Of a DNA stretch of 64,000 nt, positions 21,291 to 31,056 are shown piece by piece. The position numbers were made by a program, and so were the translations under genes. Origin of the DNA: Blattabacteriaceae bacterium (GTDB taxonomy: Bacteria > Bacteroidota > Bacteroidia > Flavobacteriales > Blattabacteriaceae). Numbering within the stretch: the first letter of the stretch is position 1; every line of letters begins with the position of its first letter. The DNA lies in the NCBI GenBank assembly GCA_036390115.1, contig DASWCM010000003.1, forward strand, positions 101,111 through 165,110, written 5' to 3'. Below the pieces are notes generated by a model, which was given only the letters and a program-made list of their open reading frames with translations, was not told where the DNA came from and did not search any database.

Positions 21291-22520
21291 TTATTCCAAG
21301 ATCTTGAGATTTTTAAGAACCATTTTACCAATGAACTCCATATCATTATCTAATATTTCTTTAATGAAAGAGAGTAGCATCAAATCCTTTGCTTTTTTTT
21401 CTGGTATACCTCTAGAGCGTAAATAAAATAAAACGGATTCGCTAAACTGCCCAACTGTACAACCATGAGAGCACTTAACATCGTTAGCAAATATTTCCAA
21501 TTGGGGTTTTGCAGTTATGCAAGATTCTTTAGATAGGAGAATATTAATACTTTTTTGAAAAGCATTAATATTTTTAGCTTTTTTACGGACGATTATTTTT
21601 CCATTAAAAACTCCTTTAGCTTTTCCAGAAAAAATGCTTTTGTAAAGTTCATAACTATTGCAAGTTGGATAAAGATGATCTACTAAAGTATGATGATCAA
21701 TTATCCCCTCTTTTAGAGAAATGCTTAATCCCTTTAATTGAGAATTAACTCCCTCATCTTTCTGATAAAGATGTAGATTGTTTCTAATTAAACTTCCTTG
21801 AAGTGAAAAAGTATGGATAGAGAAAGAACTGTTCTTTTTTTGTACAATGAAAGTATTGTCCATCAATGAACTTTTCAAATGACAATCTTGAATTTTAAGA
21901 TATTTTATTTTACTATTAGGAGAGGCATAAATTTCCGTTACTGAATTATTTAAAGCATTAGCTTCATTTTTATTGTTCAGACATTGATGTCTTTCAATAA
22001 TCTGAACAAAAGAACCTTCTTCTAAAACTATTAGATTTCTTGGAAAGTTAATAGTTTTAGAAGTAAAAAAATAAAGGATTTCAATAGGTTTTTTGACTAA
22101 TGTTTTATTGGGAAGATGTACATAAACTCCATCTTTAGCAAAAGATGTATTTAAAGCCACCAAAGATTCCTTTTTAGGTGCAATTTTTGCGTAAAATTTT
22201 TCAATGATTGATTGATGCCTTTTACTTTTCAAAGCATCATATAATCTAAATACGTTTTTATCAATTATCTTAGATAGGGAAGAATGGAAAACACCATTGA
22301 CAAAAATAATACGATAACTATCAAAATTCTTGAATAGATTTTTTTTTACATCTTCAGATCTATCTTCCTGTTTAAGAAAGAACCCATATTCCTTTCTAAG
22401 AATTTTTTTTAAATCAGTGAATTTCCAATCTTCTTCCATAGAAGAAGGAAAGCCCTTCTTTCTAAAGAAATCAAAAGCTATACATTGCAAACGATAAATA
22501 TATTCTGAGGTCTTTTCCAT
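21291..22520 (-). CDS. sufD: Fe-S cluster assembly protein SufD
   Basis: 409 aa between sufC and sufS. C-terminal PQLEIFANDVKCSHGCTVGQ is the SufB/D signature. Confidence 0.9.
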   Translation of the reverse strand: MEKTSEYIYRLQCIAFDFFRKKGFPSSMEEDWKFTDLKKILRKEYGFFLKQEDRSEDVKKNLFKNFDSYRIIFVNGVFHSSLSKIIDKNVFRLYDALKSKRHQSIIEKFYAKIAPKKESLVALNTSFAKDGVYVHLPNKTLVKKPIEILYFFTSKTINFPRNLIVLEEGSFVQIIERHQCLNNKNEANALNNSVTEIYASPNSKIKYLKIQDCHLKSSLMDNTFIVQKKNSSFSIHTFSLQGSLIRNNLHLYQKDEGVNSQLKGLSISLKEGIIDHHTLVDHLYPTCNSYELYKSIFSGKAKGVFNGKIIVRKKAKNINAFQKSINILLSKESCITAKPQLEIFANDVKCSHGCTVGQFSESVLFYLRSRGIPEKKAKDLMLLSFIKEILDNDMEFIGKMVLKNLKILE

Positions 22521-22523
22521 TAA

Positions 22524-23276
22524 CTAAACTTTATGCTCTTTTCGAAAACATTCATATCCCATTTTCTCAAGATTAAAAGCTATCTCTTTTCCCCCTGATT
22601 TTATAATCTTTCCATTATCCAAAATATGTACATAATCCGGGGTTACATATTCCAAAATTCTTTGATAATGAGTTATGATTAACATAGCAGTTTTAATACT
22701 TCTCATTCCATTAATGAGATTGGAAACCACACGAAGTGAATCTATATCTAATCCTGAATCCGTTTCATCAAGTATAATGAATTTAGGATTTAGAATACTC
22801 ATTTGAAGAATCTCATTACGCTTTTTCTCACCTCCAGAAAAACCTTCGTTTACAGATCTGTAAAGAATTTTTTCATCAATTCCTAGTATTTTAGAATACT
22901 TACGAACTTTTTTAAGTATTTCCCCTGATGGAATTTCTTCCATTTTTTTAGCCTTTCTGAAGGAATTCACAGAAGTTATGATAAAATTTATTACAGATAT
23001 TCCTGGAATATCTACTGGATCTTGAAAAGAAAGAAATATTCCCAAATGCGCTCTACTTTCAGGGGGCATATCTAAAATGTTTTTTTTTTCAAAAAAAAGA
23101 GCTCCCTTTGTAACCTTATACTCTTTTTTTCCAGCAATTACTGATGAAAGCGTACTTTTTCCAGAACCGTTTGGTCCCATTATAGCATGGACTTGATTCG
23201 CTTGTATTTCTAGATTAATACCTTTTAGAATTTCTTTCTTTTCTAAAGAAACATGCAAATCAATAATTTTTAACAT
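22524..23276 (-). CDS. sufC: Fe-S cluster assembly ATPase SufC
   Basis: Walker A GPNGSGKSTL, ABC signature FSGGEKKRNEI, Walker B ILDETDSGLD. Confidence 0.95.
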   Translation of the reverse strand: MLKIIDLHVSLEKKEILKGINLEIQANQVHAIMGPNGSGKSTLSSVIAGKKEYKVTKGALFFEKKNILDMPPESRAHLGIFLSFQDPVDIPGISVINFIITSVNSFRKAKKMEEIPSGEILKKVRKYSKILGIDEKILYRSVNEGFSGGEKKRNEILQMSILNPKFIILDETDSGLDIDSLRVVSNLINGMRSIKTAMLIITHYQRILEYVTPDYVHILDNGKIIKSGGKEIAFNLEKMGYECFRKEHKV

Positions 23277-23281
23277 AATAC

Positions 23282-24721
23282 CTAACCTATTGTTCCTTCT
23301 AAAGAAATTTCTAAAAGTTTCTGTGCTTCTACTGCGAATTCCAGTGGCAACTTTTTAAGAACGATACGACTAAATCCCCCAATAATAAGTGATATAGCTT
23401 TTTCTTTATCGATTCCTCTTTGAGTACAATAAAAAATTTGTTCTTCCTCTATTTTTGAGGTCGTTGCTTCATGCTCAACCATAGACTCGGGGTTTTTTAC
23501 TTCTATAAAAGGAAAAGTATGGGCTCCACACTTATTACCGAGTAGCAAAGAATCACATTGAGAAAAATTTCTTGCATTCTTTGCTTTTGTAGATATTTTA
23601 ACTAAACCTCTATAATTATTTTGCGCTTTTCCAGATGAAACTCCTTTGGAAATTATAGTACTTCTAGTGTTTTTACCAATGTGGATCATTTTAGTACCTG
23701 TATCAGCCTGCTGAAAATTCCTAGTTATCGACAAAGAATAAAATTCTCCTAAAGAGTTATCCCCTTTTAAAATGCAAGATGGATATTTCCATGTAATAGA
23801 TGATCCAGTTTCTATTTGAGTCCAAGAAATTTTAGCATTTTTTTCACATAAACCTCTTTTAGTGACAAAATTATATACTCCTCCCTTGCCTTTTTTATTT
23901 CCTGGATACCAATTTTGAATAGTAGAATACTTTATTTCTGAATTTTCTAAGGCAATAAGTTCTACTACAGCTGCGTGTAATTGGGTTTCATTTCGTATAG
24001 GAGCTGTACATCCCTCAAGATAGCTTACATAAGAATTTTTATCTGCTATAATAAGAGTCCTTTCGAACTGGCCTGTTCCACTTTCATTGATTCTAAAATA
24101 GGTAGAAAGCTCTACTGGACATCGGACTCCTAGCGGGATATAACAAAAAGATCCGTCAGAAAACACAGCAGAATTAAGTGCCGAATAAAAATTGTCCTCT
24201 TTTGGCACTACTTTTCCTATGTATTTTTTTATCAATTCTGGATATTTTCTAATAGCTTCGCTAATTGAGCAAAAAATTATACCTTTTTCAAAAAGAATTT
24301 TTTTAAGGGTTGTTCCTAACGAAACTGAATCCATTACGACATCGACTGCAACTACACCTGAAAGTATTTTTTGTTCATCAATAGAAATCCCAAGTTTGTT
24401 AAAAGTATCCATCAATTCTGGATCAACTTCCTCCAAGCTATTAAATATAGTTTTAGGTGCAGAATAATAACTAATCTCTTGAAAATTTTGCCTTTTATAT
24501 TTTATATTACCCCATTTAGGCTCTGAAATTTTTTTCCAAATGGAAAAGGCATCTAACCTCCATTGTAGCATCCATTCTGGTTCTTTTTTTTTTTGAGAAA
24601 TAGAATGGATAACCTTCTCATTTAGCCCTTTTGCAAACTTATCGCATTCAATATTTGTATAGAAACCGTATTTATATTCAGATTCGATAACTTCTTGAAG
24701 AAGTTTATCTCTTTTTCTCAT
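23282..24721 (-). CDS. sufB: Fe-S cluster assembly scaffold SufB
   Basis: 479 aa. YKYGF start region, and [21 protein letters not shown] and [13 protein letters not shown]-terminal signatures. Confidence 0.95.
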   Translation of the reverse strand: MRKRDKLLQEVIESEYKYGFYTNIECDKFAKGLNEKVIHSISQKKKEPEWMLQWRLDAFSIWKKISEPKWGNIKYKRQNFQEISYYSAPKTIFNSLEEVDPELMDTFNKLGISIDEQKILSGVVAVDVVMDSVSLGTTLKKILFEKGIIFCSISEAIRKYPELIKKYIGKVVPKEDNFYSALNSAVFSDGSFCYIPLGVRCPVELSTYFRINESGTGQFERTLIIADKNSYVSYLEGCTAPIRNETQLHAAVVELIALENSEIKYSTIQNWYPGNKKGKGGVYNFVTKRGLCEKNAKISWTQIETGSSITWKYPSCILKGDNSLGEFYSLSITRNFQQADTGTKMIHIGKNTRSTIISKGVSSGKAQNNYRGLVKISTKAKNARNFSQCDSLLLGNKCGAHTFPFIEVKNPESMVEHEATTSKIEEEQIFYCTQRGIDKEKAISLIIGGFSRIVLKKLPLEFAVEAQKLLEISLEGTIG

Positions 24722-24731
24722 TGAAGCATTT

Positions 24732-25715
24732 ATGATAAAAAAAATAAAAGAAATTCAAAAAGAAGCGTCAGTTTTCCAAGCTGTAAAACTTCAAGATATA
24801 GAAGATTTTCGGATTAAGTACCTAGGTAAAAATGGGCTAATTCCAGCCCTATTTGGAGAATTAAAAAATATTTCAAAAACAGAAAAAAAAAGGGTTGGAG
24901 GTAGCATTAATTTGCTAAAAAGAATTGTATTGGATATAATCCAGAAGAATAAGAAAGAACTTTCAGAGGAAGAAAAAAAATCAGAGGAAATGGACTTCAC
25001 CCTTCCAGGCTATTCTTGGGAACTAGGAGCTAGACATCCTATTTCTTTAGTGAAAAATAAAATTGTTAAAATTTTTGAAAGAATTGGCTTTATTTTAAGC
25101 CAAGGTCCAGAAATTGAAGATGATTGGCATAATTTTACTGCTTTAAATTTTCCTGAACTGCATCCTGCTAGAGAAATGCAAGATACTTTTTTTATTGAAA
25201 AAAATCCAGATATTTTATTGAGGACACATACTTCTTCTGTTCAAATTAGATTTATGAAAAATACTCCCCCTCCAATTAGGATTATTTCTTATGGAAGAGT
25301 TTATAGAAATGAAGTAATATCCTCTCATTCGCATTGCGTGTTCCATCAAATTGAAGGGTTATTTGTGGATAAAGGGGTTTCTTTCGCAGATCTAAAACAA
25401 ACCATTCAATATTTGAAACATTCTATTTTTGGAAATTCAAAAATTAGAGAAAGACCTTCCTATTTTCCATTTACTACGCCTAGTGCAGAAATAGATATAC
25501 AATTATCTAGTAACGGTCCTTGGTTAGAAGTTATGGGTTGCGGTTTGGTAAATCCAAAGGTTTTGAAAAATGTTGGAATAAACCCAGAAGTTTACTCTGG
25601 ATTTGCTTTTGGTATAGGGATTGAACGTATTGCACTTTTGCTATATCAAATAAACGATATACGATTATATTTTGATAATGATATTCGATTTTTGACTCAA
25701 TTTAGGAGCGAATAG
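24732..25715 (+). CDS. pheS: Phenylalanyl-tRNA synthetase alpha subunit
   Basis: 327 aa. [23 protein letters not shown] and [14 protein letters not shown] are class II motifs. Confidence 0.95.
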   Translation: MIKKIKEIQKEASVFQAVKLQDIEDFRIKYLGKNGLIPALFGELKNISKTEKKRVGGSINLLKRIVLDIIQKNKKELSEEEKKSEEMDFTLPGYSWELGARHPISLVKNKIVKIFERIGFILSQGPEIEDDWHNFTALNFPELHPAREMQDTFFIEKNPDILLRTHTSSVQIRFMKNTPPPIRIISYGRVYRNEVISSHSHCVFHQIEGLFVDKGVSFADLKQTIQYLKHSIFGNSKIRERPSYFPFTTPSAEIDIQLSSNGPWLEVMGCGLVNPKVLKNVGINPEVYSGFAFGIGIERIALLLYQINDIRLYFDNDIRFLTQFRSE

Positions 25716-26424
25716 TACGCTGTCTCAATGTTTCATATAAGATAATCCCACACGCAGTGGAAACGTTTAGTGAATTAACTCCATGCACAGGAATTTTTAT
25801 TTTATCATCGCAAATAGTTATATATTTATTATGGATTCCATTTTTTTCACTACCCAGAAGGAAGGCTAATGGAACGGTAAGATTTTCTTCCCACAAAAGT
25901 CTTTTAGCTTTTTCAGTTGCTGCTAAAATTCTAATACCGGAATTTTTTAACAAAAAAATCGTCTTTTTTAGATCATTTTCTTTACAAATAGGTATTCTGA
26001 AAATGGCACCTGAAGAAGTTTTTATAGAGTCTGCTCCAATATAGGGAGTTTCTTTAGTGGAAATTATAACTGCATCTGTACCTACGCAGACAGCAGTTCG
26101 AAGTATTGCCCCAAAATTTAGTACATCAGTAATCCCATCTAGGATTAAGAGAAAAGGAGTTTTACCATTTTTAGAAAAAATAGGTAACAAATTTTCAATT
26201 CTATGAAAATTAATTGGAGAAATTAACGCTAGAACACCTTGATGATTTTTTCTAGTGAGTCTGTTTAGTTTATCTAAAGGAACCATTTGAAGAGGAATTT
26301 CATTGCTTTTTATCAAAAGCATAAGCTTTTGATGATTAAAACTTTTTTTCATTAATATCTTATAGATCCTTACACCTGATTGAATAGCCTCTATTAATGG
26401 ATGGATACCGTATATAAAGTTCAT
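25702..26424 (-). CDS. rlmB: SpoU/TrmH-family rRNA 2'-O-methyltransferase (RlmB-like)
   Basis: I take the internal Met as the start (MNFIYGIHPLIEAIQSG). NHQGVLA, NFGAILRTA, LGSEKNGI and SLNVSTACGIILYE are the SpoU motifs. Confidence 0.85.
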   Translation of the reverse strand: MNFIYGIHPLIEAIQSGVRIYKILMKKSFNHQKLMLLIKSNEIPLQMVPLDKLNRLTRKNHQGVLALISPINFHRIENLLPIFSKNGKTPFLLILDGITDVLNFGAILRTAVCVGTDAVIISTKETPYIGADSIKTSSGAIFRIPICKENDLKKTIFLLKNSGIRILAATEKAKRLLWEENLTVPLAFLLGSEKNGIHNKYITICDDKIKIPVHGVNSLNVSTACGIILYETLRQRTIRS

Positions 26425-26520
26425 AGTAAAAACTACCTTAGTATATAAAATAATTTTTAACCAGTTTTCCCCAGTAATTATCATAAAACATAGAGGTATA
26501 TAAAATTTCAACCCTTAAAT

Positions 26521-27489
26521 ATGAAAGAAGTAACTTTTAGAGAAGCTATCTCGGAAGCTATGAGTGAAGAAATGAGAAGGGATCCAACCGTTTATTTAAT
26601 GGGAGAAGAAGTAGCTGAATACAACGGAGCTTATAAAACTTCTAAAGGAATGCTGGAGGAGTTTGGCTCAGCAAGAGTAATAGATACCCCAATTTCAGAA
26701 CTGGGATTTTCTGGTATCGGAATTGGTTCATCAATGAATGGATGCAGACCAATCATTGAATTTATGACATTTAATTTTTCTTTAATAGCGATTGATCAGA
26801 TTATCAATAATGCTGCTAAGATTTATCAAATGAGTGGGGGGCAGTGGAATATTCCTATAGTTTTTAGAGGTCCCACTGCATCAGCTGGACAATTAGGTGC
26901 CACGCATTCTCAATCTTTTGAAAATTGGTATGCTAACTGCCCTGGATTAAAGGTGATTGTTCCCTCAAATCCTTATGATGCGAAAGGCCTTTTAAAGGCT
27001 GCTATTAGAGATGATGATCCTGTTATTTTTATGGAATCTGAACAAATGTATAGTGACACTATGTTCCTTCCAGATGAAGAATATCTTGTTCCTATTGGTC
27101 TAGCTAGTGTAAAAAAAAAAGGAGATGACGTAACGCTAGTTTCATTTGGAAAAATTTTAAAAGTAGCTTTTAAAGCTATTGAAAAATTATCTGAAGATAA
27201 TGTTGAAGTTGAGTTAATTGATCTCAGAACGGTCCGTCCCTTAGACTATGAAACAATATTATCTTCTGTGAAGAAAACCAATAGACTAGTTATACTTGAA
27301 GAATCATGGCCATTAGCTTCTATTTCTGCTGAAATCTCCTATATTTTGCAACAAAAAGCTAGTCTTTATGCTCCGATAAAAAGGATAACATTACCAGATG
27401 TTCCAGCTATTTATTCATCTGCTTTGATGGAATATTGGTTCCCAGCTCTAGAAGAAGTAGTCTCTACCGTAAAAGAGGTTTTAAAATAA
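26521..27489 (+). CDS. pdhB: Pyruvate (2-oxoacid) dehydrogenase E1 component beta subunit
   Basis: 322 aa. FREAISEAMSEEMRRDPTVYLMGEEVAEYNGAYK.SKG and VIDTPISELGF indicate a transketolase-like E1 beta. Confidence 0.9.
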   Translation: MKEVTFREAISEAMSEEMRRDPTVYLMGEEVAEYNGAYKTSKGMLEEFGSARVIDTPISELGFSGIGIGSSMNGCRPIIEFMTFNFSLIAIDQIINNAAKIYQMSGGQWNIPIVFRGPTASAGQLGATHSQSFENWYANCPGLKVIVPSNPYDAKGLLKAAIRDDDPVIFMESEQMYSDTMFLPDEEYLVPIGLASVKKKGDDVTLVSFGKILKVAFKAIEKLSEDNVEVELIDLRTVRPLDYETILSSVKKTNRLVILEESWPLASISAEISYILQQKASLYAPIKRITLPDVPAIYSSALMEYWFPALEEVVSTVKEVLK

Positions 27490-27496
27490 CAAACTT

Positions 27497-27870
27497 TTGA
27501 AGATATTTTTTTATTATGTTTCCTTTCTTCTCTTTTTTTTTAGAGCTTCTCCGCCTAAATCAAATAATTTTGATCCATCTAAGGGCATCTTAGATAATAT
27601 AAAAGATTCTCATGAATGGCATCTTTTTGTAAAAGAAAAGATAATTTATCTTCCGATAATTTTATGGTATAGAGGGTTTCGTATTTTTCTTTCGTCATGA
27701 TTTAATCATGGAAATAAATTCATAGAAGGCAATCATTGCTACTACAGATTCTTTAAAGAAAGAATCTACAAAACTAATTATTACAGCTGCTTAGTTTTCT
27801 ATTTACCCAAAACCCACATTGAAATATTGGCAATCTTTTATTTTTACAGCTTTATCTTCTTTGTGGAATG
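27497..27870 (+). pseudogene. atpB: ATP synthase F0 subunit a remnant (in-frame stop, then most of the gene deleted)
   Basis: ORF 27497..27700 has a TTG start and reads ..FDPSKGILDNIKDSHEWHLF..IIYLPIILWYRGFRIFLSS. A TGA at 27698 is followed in the same frame by FNHGNKFIEGNHCYYRFFKERIYKT. From memory this matches the conserved N-terminal segment of Bacteroidota AtpB (..DSH....LPLPVILW..GL..F.SSKF.HG....GNH....IYKT). The C-terminal roughly 250 aa are absent. Boundaries are approximate. Confidence 0.6.
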
Positions 27871-27879
27871 ACTCTTGTG

Positions 27880-27995
27880 GAACATCATCAGCTAGAAGAG
27901 TATAATCGCTACAGAAGCTTCTGTCAGGCATTTATGATCTCTTAGATATGTTCTTAAATAGCAATTTATGTTATGGATTTGTTCCGTTGGTTTAA
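27880..27995 (+). pseudogene. atpE: Possible ATP synthase F0 subunit c remnant
   Basis: There are short frame-broken matches to the c-subunit core. IIATEAS resembles AIARQPEAS. SG.. and FMIS.. in neighbouring frames resemble MIIAAAL. The fragment lies between the atpB and atpF remnants as in atpBEFH. Evidence is weak. Confidence 0.35.
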
Positions 27996-28340
27996 TTATT
28001 TGGCAAAAAATTATTTTTATTATTTTATTAGTTTTACTAAGGAGATTTGCTTGGAGTATCTTATAGAAATTATTGAAAAACGCGAAAAAAAATATTCTCT
28101 GACTTAGAGAGACAAGCTCTTAAAAAAGAGAAAATTTTAAGAGAAGCTTGCATAGAACGAGATTTTCTTTTAAAAGAGGCTCTCTCCATAAAAGATAGAG
28201 TTAGAGGAAAAATCCCAAATTGAAAGGATGCTTGAACAAGCTATATAGGTTATAAAAACCGATAAATCTGTTGCTAGAGTTTTCGTCCTTGAAAAAGTTT
28301 GTTGTGGAGAGTTGTGTAGAAGAAGATTATGTCTGTGTGT
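27996..28340 (+). pseudogene. atpF: ATP synthase F0 subunit b remnant (frameshifted, with stops)
   Basis: LIIWQKIIFIILLVLLRRFAWSIL then a stop (frame of tgg at 28001). A different frame, starting at 28083, reads RKKIFSDLERQALKKEKILREACIERDFLLKEALSIKDRV. This matches the Bacteroidota AtpF pattern FWQ..IF..LL.LL.KFAWKPIL...RE..I...L..A......L.EA..ERD.ILKEA..IK. Confidence 0.6.
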
Positions 28341-28379
28341 AGGTCCTTCACGATAAGCCTGTCAAAGAGCAATCGATAT

Positions 28380-28893
28380 TATAGTCCTAATAGTATGATA
28401 GGAGGAGATACAGCCTAGCAATTGACATTATCCTTAATAAAAAAAGACTTTATGAAAGTGGTAATCCCATATATTGTACATAAGTCAAAAAGGTACTGGT
28501 AAAAACTCTTATAGATCATGGGGGGGATGGACAAATTTTTCTTGAGTCAGATTTGTTCAATGCTGTACAGCAATTAATGAAGGAACTAGGGAGAAGCTCA
28601 GATTGCATCGATGAAAAAACTATCTGGAACATTTAAATTGGATGAGGGATTTTCCAAATTTAGTTCTGATTTAGATACCACAACTTTATCAATAATTCAT
28701 AAAGGTCGTTGGAATGTATAAATCAAGCAATTAATTCACTAGATAAAATATCTGATCAAATAGCACTTGTATATGCGAGTACAAAAAATCATTATTCGTT
28801 GTATTTTCCTATAATAAAGGATTATTTGGAACTTTTAACACTTCCATCTTCTGGATGAAGGAAAATTTTTTAAAGACAAAATCTTCCAAATAA
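28380..28893 (+). pseudogene. atpH: Possible ATP synthase delta subunit remnant
   Basis: Collinear weak matches: RRRYSLAIDIIL resembles the N-terminal [40 protein letters not shown] resembles the central L..LL.EN.R...L..I...F segment. The C-terminal FNTSIFWMKENFLKTKSSK stop resembles Y(D/N)ASV...L..LK..L. All are broken by stops. Confidence 0.3.
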
Positions 28894-29358
28894 ATTCATA
28901 TAATGATATAGGAAAAAAAGGAATATATTTTAAAAAAAAATATAAAATATTAAACGAAAATAAAATTTAGAAAATATCTCTTCTGTAAAAGAAACTTACG
29001 CAAAAGTTTTTTAACATGGATTTTTTATCAATATATTTAGTGTATAATACACCAAAAAGTCTGAAATATCACATTATAAAGCAATGCTACTTTATCATCT
29101 GGAGCAGATATTAACTTTCTTTTTGAACCTTCAAAAGAAAGAATTTTTGATTATATTATATCAATGATATTAAGAATAAATTTTATCAAAGCTTTTTTGG
29201 AATCAACTGTATAGGAAAATACAGCTTGAATGACATCCATGAATATAGCAACTGAAAATGCCTCATATTTAAAATATGAGCTAACATTGAGATATAACAA
29301 AATAAGACAAGAAGCTATTACCAAAGATATTTTATAACTTATTGGAGTAACAAAAAAA

Positions 29359-30318
29359 ATGATGAGAGTTCTAACTGGGATCCAAAGTACTGGAACCCCA
29401 CATATCGGTAATTTACTTGGAGCTATTTTACCAACCATTAAAATGACCAAGATTTATTCAAATCCTTCTTTTATACTGATCGCTGATTTACACAGTTTAA
29501 CGAATATTAAAGATTCAGAAATTATAAAAGAGAATACTTATCGAGTTTTATCAGCTTTTTTAGCCTTTGGTTTACCCTTGGATAAAGTAGTCTGTTACAA
29601 ACAATCTGATGTGCCAGAGGTAACTGAGTTAGCTTGGTATTTGAGTTGTTTTTTTTCTTATAAACGTCTGACTTTATCTCATTCTTTTAAAGAAAAGTAT
29701 AACCAAGATATAAGCGTAGGACTTTTCTCTTATCCCCTATTGATGGCTTCTGACATTTTACTTTTTAATGCTAAAATAGTTACCGTAGGAAAAGATCAGT
29801 TGCAACATTTAGAGATTACTCGTAATATCGCTGATCGTTTCAATAGAAAAATGGGAAAAATTTTTGTCCTACCTGAGGCTAAGATACAAGAAGAAGCGAA
29901 ATCTGTGCCTGGTACAGATGGATATAAAATGAGTAAATCCCTAGGTAATGCTATTGATATCTTTTGCTCTAAAGAGGATTTAAAAAATCAGATTATGAGT
30001 ATACAAACTGATAGTAAATCTTTAAAAGATCCTAAGGATCCTGATGTTGACAGGATTTTTTCTATTTATAAATTGCTCGCTTCTAAAGAAGAAGTGGAGG
30101 AAATGAGAGAACGTTATTTAAATGGTGGGTATGGATATAGTCAAGCAAAGAAAGTCTTGTATGAACTTATTTTAAATAGATTTTCTTTTGAACGAAAAAA
30201 GTTTCATATTTTTCTAAAAAAAATAAATTATCTAGATGATATTCTCCACTTTGGAGCTAAAAAAGCTAGAAAAATTGCCATTAATACGATATGCAAAGTT
30301 CGTAAAGCTTTACTTTAG
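29359..30318 (+). CDS. trpS: Tryptophanyl-tRNA synthetase
   Basis: 319 aa. GIQSTGTPHIGNLLG (HIGH) and KMSKS (YKMSKSLGN) class I motifs. Confidence 0.95.
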   Translation: MMRVLTGIQSTGTPHIGNLLGAILPTIKMTKIYSNPSFILIADLHSLTNIKDSEIIKENTYRVLSAFLAFGLPLDKVVCYKQSDVPEVTELAWYLSCFFSYKRLTLSHSFKEKYNQDISVGLFSYPLLMASDILLFNAKIVTVGKDQLQHLEITRNIADRFNRKMGKIFVLPEAKIQEEAKSVPGTDGYKMSKSLGNAIDIFCSKEDLKNQIMSIQTDSKSLKDPKDPDVDRIFSIYKLLASKEEVEEMRERYLNGGYGYSQAKKVLYELILNRFSFERKKFHIFLKKINYLDDILHFGAKKARKIAINTICKVRKALL

Positions 30319-30331
30319 TTTATTAAAGAAC

Positions 30332-30830
30332 ATGGATAGAGAAAGAATGATAAAATTTTTAAAGGAAATTTATATATCCCGGGTAGTAGATTAATATTGT
30401 AGATAATCAATCTCTTATTGATATTTTTTTTTAGGAGATTGTGCTTGCTTAGAAAGCGCAAAAAAAAAACTTTAATATGATATTCCTAAAGCAAGGAACA
30501 CAAAAATAAAAATTAATACAGTAATTACTCATCAGAGTCTGGAGTAAAAGTATATAATACTTCTGAGTAAATATTCCATAACTTATCTAAAATGGGTGTG
30601 ACGTTTATAGGCCTTCTATTCCTATAATGTTTAATTAGGAAAATGTTTTCTATCTTTAGATAAGGAAAAGAAAAAATAAAACCTTATGAAAATTATGGAG
30701 TAAAGATGTTATCTTTAGGTTTTTTGCTCATATTAGCAGTTTTATGACGTGCTATTAAAGCATTGAAAGAGATTCTTATTGGGGTTTTAGTTGTATGGGG
30801 GCTAAAGGAGCTATACTTGGAATAGGATAA
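30332..30830 (+). pseudogene. pdhA: Possible pyruvate dehydrogenase E1 alpha remnant (tentative)
   Basis: Stop-riddled fragments lie at roughly the spacing expected for E1 alpha. MDRERMIKFLKEIYISRVVD (30332) resembles Y..M...R.FE. VITHQSLE (30521) resembles ITAYR.H. GKCFLSLDKEKKK (30638) resembles GGSMH.F.KE. YENYGVKMLSLGFLLILA (30685, shifted frame) resembles YGG.GIVG.Q..LG.G.AFA. ALKEILIGVLVVWGL resembles L.E..N.A.LW.LP. Identities are low. Confidence 0.35.
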
Positions 30831-31056
30831 AATATGGCTTTTTTAAAAATAAAAGAAAAAATATTTTACATTTGGAAAAAATGGGCTAAAAAACTTTCTA
30901 TTGAACTTGTCTCTCTTCATGCCAATAAAGTTTAAAAAAAAATTTTTAAAAATATTTTACTAGGCTAAAAAGCAATAAATTTATTTTTTTCTTTCTAAAA
31001 AGAGATCTTTTTGCAACCTTTCACACAATTCGTACATTTGAGTAAATGAAAGAAAA

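Noticed and set aside
27497-27700. ORF 27497..27700 as a genuine 67-aa membrane protein
   Set aside because: AtpB similarity continues in the same frame straight through its TGA stop (..FLSS stop FNHG..GNH..IYKT). It is therefore better explained as the 5' piece of a dead atpB.
29151-29450. 99-aa minus-strand ORF overlapping the trpS start
   Set aside because: Its upstream third is antisense to the well-supported trpS N-terminus and the rest lies in AT-rich spacer. I recognised no motifs.
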